A DNA stretch of 64,000 nucleotides from Flectonema sp. DT1601. Its lineage: Eukaryota. The notes under the pieces were generated by a model, which saw only the letters and a list, made by a program, of their open reading frames with translations, did no database searches and was not told the origin of the DNA. Every line of letters begins with the position of its first letter. Position 1 is the stretch's first letter. Location of the stretch: NCBI GenBank assembly GCA_964019425.1, contig OZ025802.1:62001-126000 (forward strand), written 5' to 3'. Shown piece after piece: positions 1-11,887 of this stretch. The position numbers were made by a program, and so were the translations under genes.

Positions 1-337
1 AGATTGACATTTGGAGGTCATTGTCAAGTCGGATTTGTTCAACGTTGAGTTTGTGTCGTTCTTCTCTGATTGCTTCTCGTTCCCGTGCGATGTTTGTTCG
101 TACCGCCCGCTGGTTGGCTAAACACTGTTCGTAATCAGATTGTTTTTTTCGAGTTTTTTCTGACTCAACAATTGAATCAAACGCATCGAACTGCCGTCGG
201 TGCATTGCCTGCTCTGCTTCTATCAAATCCCCTTCACTTCCTTCATATTCAAATCTATTCTTTACTTTCTTTATCCATTCCTTTCTCACACCAACACTCG
301 AACTCAAACCAAGAGCACCAATTGCCTGAATAGCCAT
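1..337 (-). CDS. 5' part of a coiled-coil hypothetical protein running off the window start
   Basis: Manual translation from ATG 337 (MAIQAIGALGLSSSVGVRKEWIKK...REREAIREERHKLNVEQIRLDNDLQMSI) stays open to base 1; E/R/K-rich helical composition; absent from the ORF track because it has no stop in the window. Confidence 0.6.
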   Translation of the reverse strand, partial: MAIQAIGALGLSSSVGVRKEWIKKVKNRFEYEGSEGDLIEAEQAMHRRQFDAFDSIVESEKTRKKQSDYEQCLANQRAVRTNIAREREAIREERHKLNVEQIRLDNDLQMSI

Positions 338-551
338 CTTTTTGGAATCCTGCTGCTAAGTAGTCAATCCCTTGAAAGAAAAGATCACAACATATCGGTA
401 ATAGAAACTTAAAGGCCTTTCTCAAAAAGAAGGGATATAAAAAGGATAAAATCGGCGCAAACAGGAACCAGCGGATCGCAACAAGCACCGAACGCTCACC
501 GAGCAGTATCTCTTTTCTAAAGGACGATCGAAGGGGTTCACTCTTAACATT

Positions 552-2939
552 TCACACATCAGCAACTCGCGAAAAGTCGCACGGAGGGGGCATACACCTC
601 GAATCGATGTCTCCCAAGATATGTATTTCGAGATCATCTGCTTCCCAAGACTTCGTCTGTTTTTAATTTTATGTTTTTGTTCTTTAATTTAATTAGTTTT
701 TGAACTTGACGTCGACACTAACAAAACATACGAAGGGTTTCGACTCATTGCTGGTTTTAAAACGAATTTTGTAAACAATGCCGTCTGTTGATTCTTCCTT
801 CACGACACCCATCGTGTGGGCGTCGAGCATTAGTTTGTCTCCGATTTTCCACTCCTTTGTAATACGTACTATTTGACCTACAGGAAGGAACTTTCCAGTC
901 GCGCTGGTAAATTGCGGTTGCGAATGCATCGCTGTCGGAAGTGGCGTCAGAAGTGTTGGTTTTGGTGTTGCAGGAGTTGGTGCTGGAGTTGGCCTTTGTG
1001 TTGGTACCGGAGTTGGCTTTGGTGTTGGCGGTGGAGTTGGCTTTTGTGTTGGTACCGGAGTTGGCTTTGGTGTTGGCGGTGGAGTTGGCTTTGGTGTTGG
1101 TGTCGGAGTTGGCTTTGGTGTTGGCGGTGGAGTTGGCTTTGGTGTTGGCATCGGAGTAGGTTTGGCAGTCAACACATTCGATCCTCTCCCTCTACCCCGA
1201 CTCCCCCCACCTCCTCTAGCTGCTCCAGGTATTAGTGGAGGCGGAATTGGTGTTTCTTTCGTAGGCACTGGCGTTGGAACAGTTTTTTTAAGTTGTTCCT
1301 CTGCCTGGTCCTTAATTGTATCAGAAACTAATTCCAATTCCATGTCTTTGTACCAAAAGGTACCACCATGTGGTCCTCTCACTAAATACGAATCACTACG
1401 AGATGTGTCAATATCGATAATTGTTCCAACCTCTCCAACATCGAGGACTCCCTCCACTCGAGCATACTTCCGAAGTCGAATAGAATCTCCAGCACCCATA
1501 ACTGGTGGTGGTGTTCGAGGTGCTGAAGGAGGAACTGCTGTGTGGTTACTTTCAACATGGCTGACTTCTGACCTGCTGTTCTCTGGAACAACTAATAACG
1601 GAATTGCATACGGATCGACTACTAAAGAAATCGGCCACACATACGATTTGTTATTCGCGTACATCAACTGCACTACTTCCGTAGCGAGTGAAAAAGCTTC
1701 TTTCACAGGAATAACAACACCAGATTCTCCGCAGTGAGAAACTTGAGCTTCAACGAAGTAAGTAGAGAGTCGTGTTTCGAGAAACTGTTGAGTGCAGTCA
1801 GTCCGTGAGACTGCAGCAATGATTCCGATGTCAGGTTTGTGTTTTATGTGTTTGCGAAGAGAAGAAACCGGAATCCATCTTCCATGAGTTCCGTGTGCGT
1901 CACTAGACTCATCAATTGAGACCATTGATGTTGATTTGTTAGCTGTACGAACAGTTACAATATTCCAACTACCTGCTACTGCAACGTTTTGTTGTGGATG
2001 AATGTCTGCCATCTTTAAATGAAGTGACTGCAGACAATTCGAATCGTATTCAATAACAACTCCATCAGAGTGCTTCACCGAAATTATTTTACTTCCCTCA
2101 GCAGTGTTTTGAATTATCCCTCGGCGACCAGCATAGCGGAGAAGTTGAGCGATGTTTTTTGTTTCCAAGTTGTCGTCTGCTAATTTATTATATTCCGCAG
2201 TAACGATGATCTCATCACCTTCAGATAGAATATCCTTATCATCTGTTGATGTAATTGGTGTAGTAATCCACTTCGCATCAGCTCCGTACATTGAAGCTTC
2301 AAACTCTGCAGCCAATCTACTGAGAACAGCAGCTAAAGGCCACGTTAATGTTCTTCCATTTGGGTGAAGTAATCGAAGAGTCTTATCCTCTTCATCAATA
2401 GCATCATAACGCCTTATGACAGCTATAGTTCCGCAGTACATTTGAAAGTCTTTTTGCCAACCAACAGCAATGTTTGAGCGACCCAAGGCAGCTGTTTGTT
2501 GAAGTTGGGAAGAAATGACAACCTGAGATCCAACCTTCACACCCTCTGGGAAGTGAGGGTCTGCTGCCTGTTGCGTTTCTTCGAAAAGTATAACCGCAGT
2601 TGGCCACGTTAAAATAGTCCCATCGTTGTGCTGAACTCTCAAAGTATTGTCCGCACTATCGAATTCATCAAATCGAATAACTCGACCAGACTTCCCGCAG
2701 TAGTCGGCCATGGAATCGCTCCAACCAATCCCCGCATTCATATTAACCCAATGCTTTGTATTCAATACATCTTTTTCTATGTGAACAACAACGCCAACCC
2801 AGGGAGTGATATTTGGTAGAAGATGCACATTAGACTCTTCAATGACACTCGAAGCATAACCAGCGTTGACAGCTAACCCCACGAGAACTACTAATCCGAT
2901 TATTGATAATAAAGACTTGAAATTAAACCTCAACCTCAT
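552..2939 (-). CDS. Probable secreted or surface protein with Mind bomb-type SH3-like repeats and a Pro/Thr-rich stalk; exons 2939-732 and 656-552
   Basis: First ATG at 2939 is followed by a hydrophobic signal-like stretch; repeated GWxxxxxxYCGxxxxxxRxD...TLRxxHxxGxxLTWP units; intron 657-731 (GTATGT...AAACAG) joins KPF to [15 protein letters not shown]...ADV-stop in frame. Confidence 0.7.
995..1166 (-). repeat. 24-bp coding tandem repeat ([12 protein letters not shown] units)
   Basis: About 7 imperfect copies of ggagttggctttggtgttggcggt. Confidence 0.9.
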
Positions 2940-3306
2940 AATATACTTAGCCAGGTATACATCCCCGTCGGGTAACTCGAACTGCTGAATGTGAAGGTTA
3001 ACGACGAGAATATAAAACAAGAAATCAAAGATGTTAAAGACCAGCTCAAAAAGAGCCCACAAACACGCAACACATTTTTGCTTTCTTAAAATAGAATAGA
3101 ATTATTGGAAGAGTTCAATTGGATTTTGAGATCGACATTAGTCAAATTAATCTATGATCGAAAGCGTACTATGAATCTGAAAGTAGTGTACAACTTTACT
3201 TTTGTCAAATGCTCTCCACTCACAAGTCTTCAAAAGGCAAGATGCCTTCTGCTCGTTCGGATGGCTTGCGACTATCGAATTAGTTCTCATATCCGACAGC
3301 AGTGAT

Positions 3307-3577
3307 CTATTCATCATCATCATCTACCCCGTGACTACTTCCGTATTTCTTATTGTACGTATCAACTCTCGTTGGTGACATCTGTCGAGTGTATATATTT
3401 GCTATTCCATACGTCATCGCTATGCTACTAAATAATGCTGTTTGTTGTTGTTGATGTTTCCTTTTAAAGAATTGGAATATCTGTTTCATATATTCGATTC
3501 TGAGACGAGAAATTAATAAGTCGAAGTTGCATACCTACTATTTGCATTCTGGTTCTCGTTACCTTCTTGGGTGCCAT
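3307..3577 (-). CDS. Spliced 57-aa microprotein with one hydrophobic segment; exons 3577-3535 and 3437-3307
   Basis: AAAATG start just after a CAG acceptor-like site; intron 3438-3534 (GTATGC...AAACAG) gives MAPKKVTRTRMQIVALFSSIAMTYGIANIYTRQMSPTRVDTYNKKYGSSHGVDDDDE. Confidence 0.55.
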
Positions 3578-4097
3578 TTTTATACTTCCAAACCTGTTGA
3601 TTACTTACGAAGTGGAAACATGATAATGAGACAAGTGTGAGTCGCCGGAATCGAAATATTTTTATTCTTTTTTTATAAAAACCTGCTGCGGAACCAAAAA
3701 AAAAATTAGAATAAAAAATTCCGTTCAAAATACTAACAGTTTGATATGTACGAACATTAGCTCTTTTTTTTTTTTTTTTCAACTACGGGAATAATGCCAC
3801 GAGTAAGGTTTTGGGAGCAGTCTTTTGCGGTCCTCAATATCTCAAAAAAACATCATAAAATCATAAATATAAACTACGACAAGTCTGTCTAAAGAGTAAA
3901 GATTATTTAGTTCTGACAGAAGGCGAGCTCTGATATCTTTTTTTTTTTTTTTTTTTTTTTCCAACTACATAAAAAAATTCAAAATCAATAAAATAATTAA
4001 CCTACAGAGGGAAAAGCAACCCTAATTCCCTTATCACGGGTGAAACAAGTGTTTAAATGGCGTTTTTTCCGAGACCAAGAGTCGACGGTCAGCGGCC

Positions 4098-4337
4098 TTA
4101 TATTTCGTTTTCGATTGCCATATCAATTCCCGTTTTCAACTAACTTATGAAATGATGAGCAGACCGCCGAAAGGAAGTAAACAAACAAAGTACGAAACAG
4201 AAATTATAAATAATTAACCAACTATTAACATTTACCTTATAAAAGGTTTCCACGGCAAGGCTCAGTAAGTCTGTGGATCGACCACAAAACGCTGCGTTGG
4301 TTAGCTGCGCAGCAGCTGAATACTGCGGAAGTGTCAT
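4098..4337 (-). CDS. Possible spliced 47-aa microprotein; exons 4337-4236 and 4139-4098
   Basis: Putative intron 4140-4235 (GTAAAT...TTAG) gives MTLPQYSAAAQLTNAAFCGRSTDLLSLAVETFYKLKTGIDMAIENEI; no homology recognised. Confidence 0.3.
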
Positions 4338-4506
4338 TTTCTTTTGCTGTTCTGCAGAACGCGAAAATGAACTTCTTCAGAGGTTAGCCAAAGAGAATTA
4401 TCCGAAGACAGCAACTGGTTAATAAAGCAGCAGCTTAAGTTGCAAACGTACCTACGGAATCGACCTTTAGAGAGATTGTTTAAGATTTAGGAAGTCTAGT
4501 CGATCA

Positions 4507-4710
4507 CTACTTCCGCTTCATATCGTTCTTCACTTCTTCCTTCGCAAACTGTAGAATCCTTTGAATCCTTCCTTGAGTTCCTGAGATAGTAGCTGTTTGA
4601 GTTTGGAAAACCATTCGTTTAAACCACGGAGCTTCATTCAGATATCCCGTCAGACCTTTCTGAAATTGAGAACGACCAGCAACTCCCAACATCTTCCAAA
4701 TGTTAAACAT
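4507..4710 (-). CDS. 67-aa basic hypothetical protein, possibly mitochondrial
   Basis: AAAAATG start context like neighbouring genes, same strand as the cluster, amphipathic basic sequence. Confidence 0.55.
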   Translation of the reverse strand: MFNIWKMLGVAGRSQFQKGLTGYLNEAPWFKRMVFQTQTATISGTQGRIQRILQFAKEEVKNDMKRK

Positions 4711-4954
4711 TTTTATTAGTTTGGCTTGGGAGAGAAAAAGTATACAATTTAAGAATTCAAATGAAGGAAAAAACGTCGTAATTAAGATCCACTCATCGAT
4801 GTATTTGTGAAGCTGGTGTGTTATTAAAAAGATATTTTATTAATTGACCAACGATTAAAGTGAGCAGCGCAAACACTCGCTATTTGCGCACAAGAACTGA
4901 TCGATTGCGAGATACTTCTAAATAACGTAACACAAGTCAGTTGAGGATACTGTT

Positions 4955-7231
4955 CTAGCGATTCCTGTAGCCATCACGCGATGCTGCTACTTTCTGTCCG
5001 TCTCTTTGAAGTTTTCTAAAACCCTTCGGACCAGTTGAAGGGACCCCAACACCCAAAGCAGCAATATCTGCTGGCACTTTGTCATGAGGTCGTATTATTT
5101 CCGGTTCTTCGATGAACACTTTAGGCTTTCGATTTGGATCTGGTTTTCTATTTATGGCTTCGAGCACCTGAAGCCGCTCTTCTTCCATAGAAGTTGGTTT
5201 CGGTCCGTCAACTTCTGGAGTGTGCTCCTTCCATATATTAGGGGAATCAGAATCTGGGTATTCACTTCGGGGATACAGAGAATTGGTGTACCTTGTTAAA
5301 GTTGATTTCTTTGAATGCCCAGCTAAAGCTTTTTGGGATACCATGTTACCTTTTCCCATACCGAGAAAGCCTCTCAATTTCTGGTGACGAAAGTCAGATT
5401 CCCTGGCAATGCTCATTTTATTATTCACCCAATCAACAAATTGATTTTTTGATGCATCTTCAAGCCAGTCCTCCGCACCCTCAACCATGGTTTCCCTTGT
5501 GTTTTCTTTAGAACCAAGACTGACGATTGCAGCTTTAATTTTTGCATCGATTGCCCGTGCGGACTCAAGGAGTTCAGCTGTTTCCCCTGGCCTGCCAACA
5601 ACTAGCAACCCCAAGCCTGTTTTAGAACTACGGTGAGACTTTCCTAATGGTACTGTAATACTGGGTAATCCAGCTATTGAGACAGGACCTGTGTTTTGAG
5701 TGAGTTTCTCAACTCCCGTGTGCATCCCCCTCCAGACAATGGTACCGTCCTTGTTGTTGCTTTCGATGACAGTTGGAGACGGAGTTACAGTAGTTGGAAA
5801 TACCAACACATGTATAGATTTATCGACTGCTTCCCAGTAGTCATTTACGTGTGTCTTCACCCACTCGACAGCAGTTTCTGATTCTTTTAAGTCCTCTGAA
5901 AACATCATTTTCGTATTGAGACGTTTCTTCGCGTATTCCACTGTAATTGAATTTATTACTTCCGCATGGTCAGCACCAGCCTTCTGACAAATTGCTAGTA
6001 GTCTGCCGGCTACTTCAAAATCGAAGACAGGTTGGCAGTTGAACCAATGGCGAAGGAGACCATCAAGAATCCTACAGTCTGTCTTCTCGTGTACTTCTCT
6101 GGGTTTTGTGACCATCGTGGTATCATCCACAACATGTTTACCTTTTGATTGAGCTACTGAAGTAGTAACAGAGCAGTTTAACATTTGTAACATCATCAGA
6201 GTTGATCTGAAGGGAAGCTCTACGGATTGGTCTAATGAAACAGCAAATCCGTCTTCGGGTACGCAAAGTCTAACTTTATCAATTACTTCAATCGGTGATT
6301 GTGGTTTAGCTGCGAACAGAGCTTGGACTCCGACATCGTCTGAGATACGAGTGGATCTCATGACACCATCAACAGTACTGATGTCATCAACACTTCTCGC
6401 AATGATTCCAATATTTCCTAAAGTTGAAGACAGAGACCATGTTCTCGCTGTTGAGTACGCACCAACTTCTGGAACGAATCCAATGACGTTACAGAACGAG
6501 GCTGGGATTCTGACATCTCCGACGACATCAATTCCAATTGAGAAAGTAACGCATCCACTGCAAACAGCTACTGCTGCTCCTCCTTGACTACCTCCTGCGT
6601 AGTGTTTTGGATTTAACGGATTTAATATCGTACCTGTTGACTCATTGTGTCCTAAGAATCCCAACCCGAACTCATCTTGGTTTGCCTTCCCAACACAGAT
6701 AGCACCAGCTGCCTTGAGTGCTGTGACTACAGGAGCAGACTGTGAAGGATTGTAATTTATTTTATTTGATCCGCATGTGGTAGGAAGACCTGCAACGTGA
6801 ATAGCATCTCCGACAATGAATGGAACTCCGTGAAGAGGACCAACAAGTTTCCCACTTTCAGAAAACGACTCGTCGAGTATCGCAGCCTCGTAGATCGCAT
6901 TAAGATTAATAGAAGTCACGGAATTGTAAAGAGCGCCATCAGTTTGTAACTTTCGAATACATTCCTCAACAATCTCTTCAGATTTATATCTTTTACTGCG
7001 ATAGGCTTCAACTAAACTCTCGGCTGTCATCATAAACGCTTCCTCAAATAAATTTATATTCTTGTTTTCCCTCACCTTGTTATCTTCAACCGCAGTGTCC
7101 TCCTTGATTGCAACACGTTCTGGTGGTACTTGCTCATTAGCTGCTTTTTCAGCTGAACAATACCACCGTCTCTGAACTGGTGATCCCCGTTTCCCGACTC
7201 GCAGCATAGCAGCTCGAAGTTGCTGCCTCAT
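4955..7231 (-). CDS. Amidase-signature family protein (GatA/FAAH fold), probably mitochondrial and catalytically impaired
   Basis: Motifs GPLHGVPF, AGAICVGKAN, GGSQGGAAVAV, GIDVVGDVRIPA, AGLPSITVP; Arg-rich N-terminal presequence MRQQLRAAMLRVGKR. Confidence 0.85.
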   Translation of the reverse strand: MRQQLRAAMLRVGKRGSPVQRRWYCSAEKAANEQVPPERVAIKEDTAVEDNKVRENKNINLFEEAFMMTAESLVEAYRSKRYKSEEIVEECIRKLQTDGALYNSVTSINLNAIYEAAILDESFSESGKLVGPLHGVPFIVGDAIHVAGLPTTCGSNKINYNPSQSAPVVTALKAAGAICVGKANQDEFGLGFLGHNESTGTILNPLNPKHYAGGSQGGAAVAVCSGCVTFSIGIDVVGDVRIPASFCNVIGFVPEVGAYSTARTWSLSSTLGNIGIIARSVDDISTVDGVMRSTRISDDVGVQALFAAKPQSPIEVIDKVRLCVPEDGFAVSLDQSVELPFRSTLMMLQMLNCSVTTSVAQSKGKHVVDDTTMVTKPREVHEKTDCRILDGLLRHWFNCQPVFDFEVAGRLLAICQKAGADHAEVINSITVEYAKKRLNTKMMFSEDLKESETAVEWVKTHVNDYWEAVDKSIHVLVFPTTVTPSPTVIESNNKDGTIVWRGMHTGVEKLTQNTGPVSIAGLPSITVPLGKSHRSSKTGLGLLVVGRPGETAELLESARAIDAKIKAAIVSLGSKENTRETMVEGAEDWLEDASKNQFVDWVNNKMSIARESDFRHQKLRGFLGMGKGNMVSQKALAGHSKKSTLTRYTNSLYPRSEYPDSDSPNIWKEHTPEVDGPKPTSMEEERLQVLEAINRKPDPNRKPKVFIEEPEIIRPHDKVPADIAALGVGVPSTGPKGFRKLQRDGQKVAASRDGYRNR

Positions 7232-7567
7232 TTTTATATTATTCACACACTGACTAAAGTTCTTGCTTAAAATAATCATTAAAAAATTAAACAAATAGCG
7301 AACGCTTCACAAGACTTGTCGGTGTTATTATTTCGATGTTTGTTTGTTTTTTTAAAATTCTGTTTTATAAAATATGTGAAGCTATCCGATACCTACATCA
7401 ACAAGGTGGCGGTGGTTGTTTTTGCTTTCGTGCAAAGAAACTGCTCATTCTTTTGAGCGAACAGAAAAAATTGTACTACAGGAAAAGATACTATTACTGT
7501 TGACGTATAATACAAAAGTAACATCATTTGTCCCCTCAGTGGGGTATTAATCAATAAGCCGTACTTC

Positions 7568-7602
7568 GAATAGCAACCTACCCAAAGGGAGGGTTGCTAT
7601 TC
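7568..7602. other. Intergenic/3'UTR hairpin
   Basis: GAATAGCAACC...GGTTGCTATTC perfect 11-bp stem with inner CCC-AAA-GGG. Confidence 0.6.
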
Positions 7603-7688
7603 ATTATTTCTAAACGTGGCAACAGTCCACGCAAACTTAATGTTTGTTTACTTTCATTAGTTCTACTTAACGAACTAGTCAGCTATCC

Positions 7689-10501
7689 TTAAATATCCGG
7701 ACGTGTTAAACGATAGCCACAAGTGATACAGTTAGTCAGATCTCTTCCAAAGAGCCATATAAATGCTTTCTTATCCCCTGCTGCAGTTTTCGGATAGCAG
7801 TGCTGACCAAATGAAGGAAAGGAAGCAGCAGTTCCACAAACAACGCAAACAGAATGCTGCTGCAAACTATCGATGTGGAGAAGTGTATTGCTACAGAGTT
7901 GATTTGGATGACCGTTTTCACAGTTTTGTGTGACAGTCGAAATACTGAGTGGGAATACAACTGGTTTCGGACAGAGGTAGCATTTGCTCTTCAACTTGAA
8001 GGATTCCAGCGCCTCTTTTACTTTCGGCAACTCTTCTTCATTAATTTTTGGAAGGGTCCACTTCTTTGCCGTAGCTTGCTTGCATCGTTCCTGAATTGCA
8101 ACAGCACATTTTCTAATTAGCGCAAGTTGTGCCTGTTTGTTTGCGTGTTTTAAAACAAAAATCAAAGGAAGAATGCAGTAACCGATCTACTAACACTCGT
8201 AACGAAGACTCTGCTATCAAACTCGTAGTATGAAAGCCATTGTATCTTTATTACTTTACTTCCTTGTAGACCTTAGTGGACAAATATATAAAATACAAAC
8301 CCTGGCTTCAGCCTTTCCAGCACTCGATATAACAAATTCAGCCAACTGTAAATCTCGCAACACCCACGTCAGACTCTCCGCAACTCGCGGGGCTGTAACG
8401 GAGGGTTGGAATGTAATATCAGGAGCCTGTTTTAGTTAAGTTATTGCTGACTAGCAGCATTCCAATCGCCAAAACCCTGGTCACGCTCATCATGTCAATT
8501 AAGGTAAAATAATTCAAACAGGCAACATACGTGAAGCTTCTTTAAGTCAACATTGTACCTCCGTTTAACGGGCTTCTTAGAGCGTCCGATGGTTCTCTTT
8601 TTCTTGGGAGTGTCATCTTCGTCGTCGCTACTGGAGAACTCAGTTTCGGAATCTCGTTCATAACGAGATTCTGTTGAGAGAGTTGGTGTCCAGATTTTAA
8701 CTATTCGACAGGCTACAGCAGTCAGAAAGGTTCCCATAGTCAAAGCAGAGCGGAGTTCTTGAGGAGTGAATTGTGCCTTCGGATTTGATTTCTTAATCTT
8801 ATAGAGGTTGAGAAGAGACATTCTAGCCAGAACTCTGAGAATCTCAGTTCTGGTTGAGTTTAGTGTTGCTGCTGGACTCGTAGCTGAGAGTGCGAAGTCA
8901 GGTGTAGCAACATAGTCTTTGGGTAAATCTAAAAAACAGAACGGAGGAAGCAACTGCAACACAGCCGACACCATTCTGAGCGGTAAGATACCACCATCAG
9001 GAGAACTTCTTGCCGCACGATAAGCATCAAATAAACAATTAATACTAAAATACCACAAAGCAGGTGATCTCAAATGAAGTGAATATCCCACACTAGATGC
9101 TAGTGCTGTAAATCCACTTCCAGACATTATTCGTTGTCTGTTTGAAGAATGAATACCTTGAGAGTGTCCCTCAATTAGAAGTTCCATTTGGTCTTTCGGT
9201 GACATCGCAGCGAAGGGGAACATTGGTTCAATATTTTGAACAATCGCGTTCTTTACAACATTTGAGTGTTTAGAACAGAGTAACTTTGATACTAAAAGCA
9301 TTAGGGTACCAGGCATAAACTGAACTCCGAAAGGTGTAAATGGACTTGTGTTAACAATAGTACAGCCTCTGGCTCCCTGTTCAGTAGATTCAAAGATCAT
9401 AAGAGATGATAATGACTTCTTGTGTGGTGTCATTATAATCTTATTATCATAAGCACAGGTAGCTATCCACCCACACGTTGCTGACATCCCAGTGATAGGA
9501 CTCTTGTGTTGAGTTTCGATTGTTTTTCGTTTCTCAACAAAAGTCCAATCTTTCTTTATTTCATTACATACGATTGTCAATCCCTCAGCGTTGAATATAA
9601 CTAACGTGTCTTCCTTACTAATATACGAACAGAATGTTGCCGTAGTAACTGGTATTAATATCTTAGGAAGTATTCGAATCTTTTCAGCGAACAGCTTAGC
9701 TGCCGGGTCACATTCACATATTAGGATTTGACCTTTTGATCCGAGGATTACTATTCGTTCCCAACTTGGTTCTTGTCGAATCCATTGTACAGAAACTGGT
9801 ATTAAGTCTTCATGGTTAATAGCTGCCCAAGGTGCTCTTTCTGATATAACATGAAGTCGTTTTGACGAGTCGGATGGTAGTTTTACGATCGCTAATTCTG
9901 TGACTCCCCTGAGGCTGTCAGTCCTTCCTGATATTGCAATCAATAACTTATCACTTATCGGAGCTGGTCTCCATGAAATAGATGTCACGTAGTTGTCGAA
10001 TGAACACCAGGTGACTTCATCTTCTATTTCAATTTTTTGATTCTTTCTTATTGTGTATAAAGTACCTAAACTACCATCACTCATTACAATCCCAAGAGGT
10101 ACAAGAGGAGGATCACCTTCACTAACAGCGTATGGTGTTCCCCATGACAGAGCTACAACAGGACAGCCTCTTGGGTGGAGTGTTGTTCTAACGAAACCTC
10201 CCAAGTCGTTCGCATTCTTATGATCTGAGTCATTCAAACTAACCATCTCAATTCTAGCAACAGGTTCCCCAAAAGGATCAACAGTAGCATCCATAATATA
10301 AACAGTATCAAGTCCTAAGTCAGGACATCCAACACACGCTACTAGTCCTTCACAAGAGCAAGCCATTGATTTGGTGCTCAGATTAGCTCTTGAGATCGAA
10401 GGGACTACTTGAGGCCTTGATATTCCCATTCTATTAACAGATGCTGCAGGGATATAAGGACATGCTAGAACAACACTCTCATCTGGTTTCTTCTTAGACA
10501 T
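7689..10501 (-). CDS. Beta-propeller protein with C-terminal Cys-rich zinc finger, resembling a TFIIIC subunit (GTF3C4/zf-TFIIIC-like); exons 10501-8531, 8426-8301, 8132-7689
   Basis: Two phase-0 introns (8427-8530 GTATGT..AACAG; 8133-8300 GTTTGT..AACAG) join the two long ORFs; C-terminal CxxC...CENGH...CSNT...CxxCG...CxxCG pattern; WD40-like N-terminal strands. Confidence 0.6.
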
Positions 10502-11752
10502 AATAATATCTAAAGGGGGGAAAATAAAAATAAAAATAAATTTAAATTTAAATTACTACACCCAACTCACAATAATGAGCATTCTGTATGACCTGTGGGG
10601 GGGCAGACTTATTATTTATTTTATTCAATTTCATTACATTAATTTACAGAAAATACAACACGAAGAAGAGAGAATGTGTAAATGAAAAATAGAAAATTTG
10701 CAAAAAAAAAAAATAAAAAATATTACTCATTCTTCAAAACACCGACCGAGTCCCAGGAAAGCTGTTTTCTGTCATCCTGTGAGTTGCTACGAGATACCAA
10801 CAACTAGACTACAGTGTGCATATGTTTGGAAGTATGTTTGGAAGTGTCAAAACCCGACAAACACAGCGTAATTTTCCCATTTTTTTGAAATACATAAGTG
10901 CTAAGTACCTCATGTGTCCAGCTGGTTTACAGGATGGAAAGGGAAGTTCAAACGTATTTTAAAACTGTTGCCAATTCGGTGTCATACTCCCTGGGACCAT
11001 CCTTGATGAAAAAGAATTCTTTTTTTGGGGGCCGTTTTTCTGAAGAATGTAATTCATGTTTTTAATCTCAAGTATAAATCTAATAGCGAATTAGAAAGCA
11101 GGACTCAAAGTGCTAAGAGTTACACGAGGTAGTGATAAAGATTAAAGACTACACGATAATTTAATGTGTTACGTCTTGTTAATAATTATCAGTCAATCAA
11201 AATAATCAAATTAAAAATACTGTTACAATTTGTAAGGAAAAATAGTTAGAAAATGAATTAAAAAACCTGAGACAGTCAGTTGTTGAGTCATAACTGCTCT
11301 GGTCAGTTAGTTAAAATACGAGTTTTTTGTTATTAAAAAAAGTATTTTAAAAATAAAAAAAGAATCTCGGATTCGTCAATGGCTATCCCATATAAGAATC
11401 GACTTCTCAATGTCCATCGGAGCTCTCCTACGACAACAAATAAATAATGGTTTCTAAAATTAAAAAATATTTTACCATTCCGGAATACTGCGGTGTCAGA
11501 GCAAAGGGACCACGTTAACATGGTTATTTTTTTTACAATTTAACACAGTCCCCCTATAAATATCAGTGAACGCGGGATACCAACTAATGAGTAGGGCAGA
11601 GTTATGTTTATGAGGGCCATCTCTTCAATTGCTGCTTTTTCCTTAGACAACAAAATGATATTATTTTACTTACCTTTTTTTTTTTTTTTTTTTTTTTCTT
11701 GGTAAGCAAGTCTTTGGGAACACCACTTAGAGATACCTTCATAAATTATTGT

Positions 11753-11887
11753 CACACGCATCACACGCATCACACGCATCACACGCATCACACGCATCAC
11801 ACGCATCACACGCATCACACGCATCACACGCATCACACGCATCACACGCATCACACGCATCACACGCATCACACGCATCACACGCAT
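11753..11887. repeat. 9-bp tandem repeat (CACACGCAT)x15
   Basis: Perfect tandem copies seen directly. Confidence 0.97.

Noticed and set aside
4955..7231. Annotation as functional GatA (Glu-tRNA amidotransferase subunit A)
   Set aside because: The catalytic Lys and nucleophilic Ser positions are substituted
10750..10998. Possible old foldback element (gtcccagg/cctgggac and catcctgt/acaggatg)
   Set aside because: Only two 8-bp inverted matches with unequal spacing and no TSD
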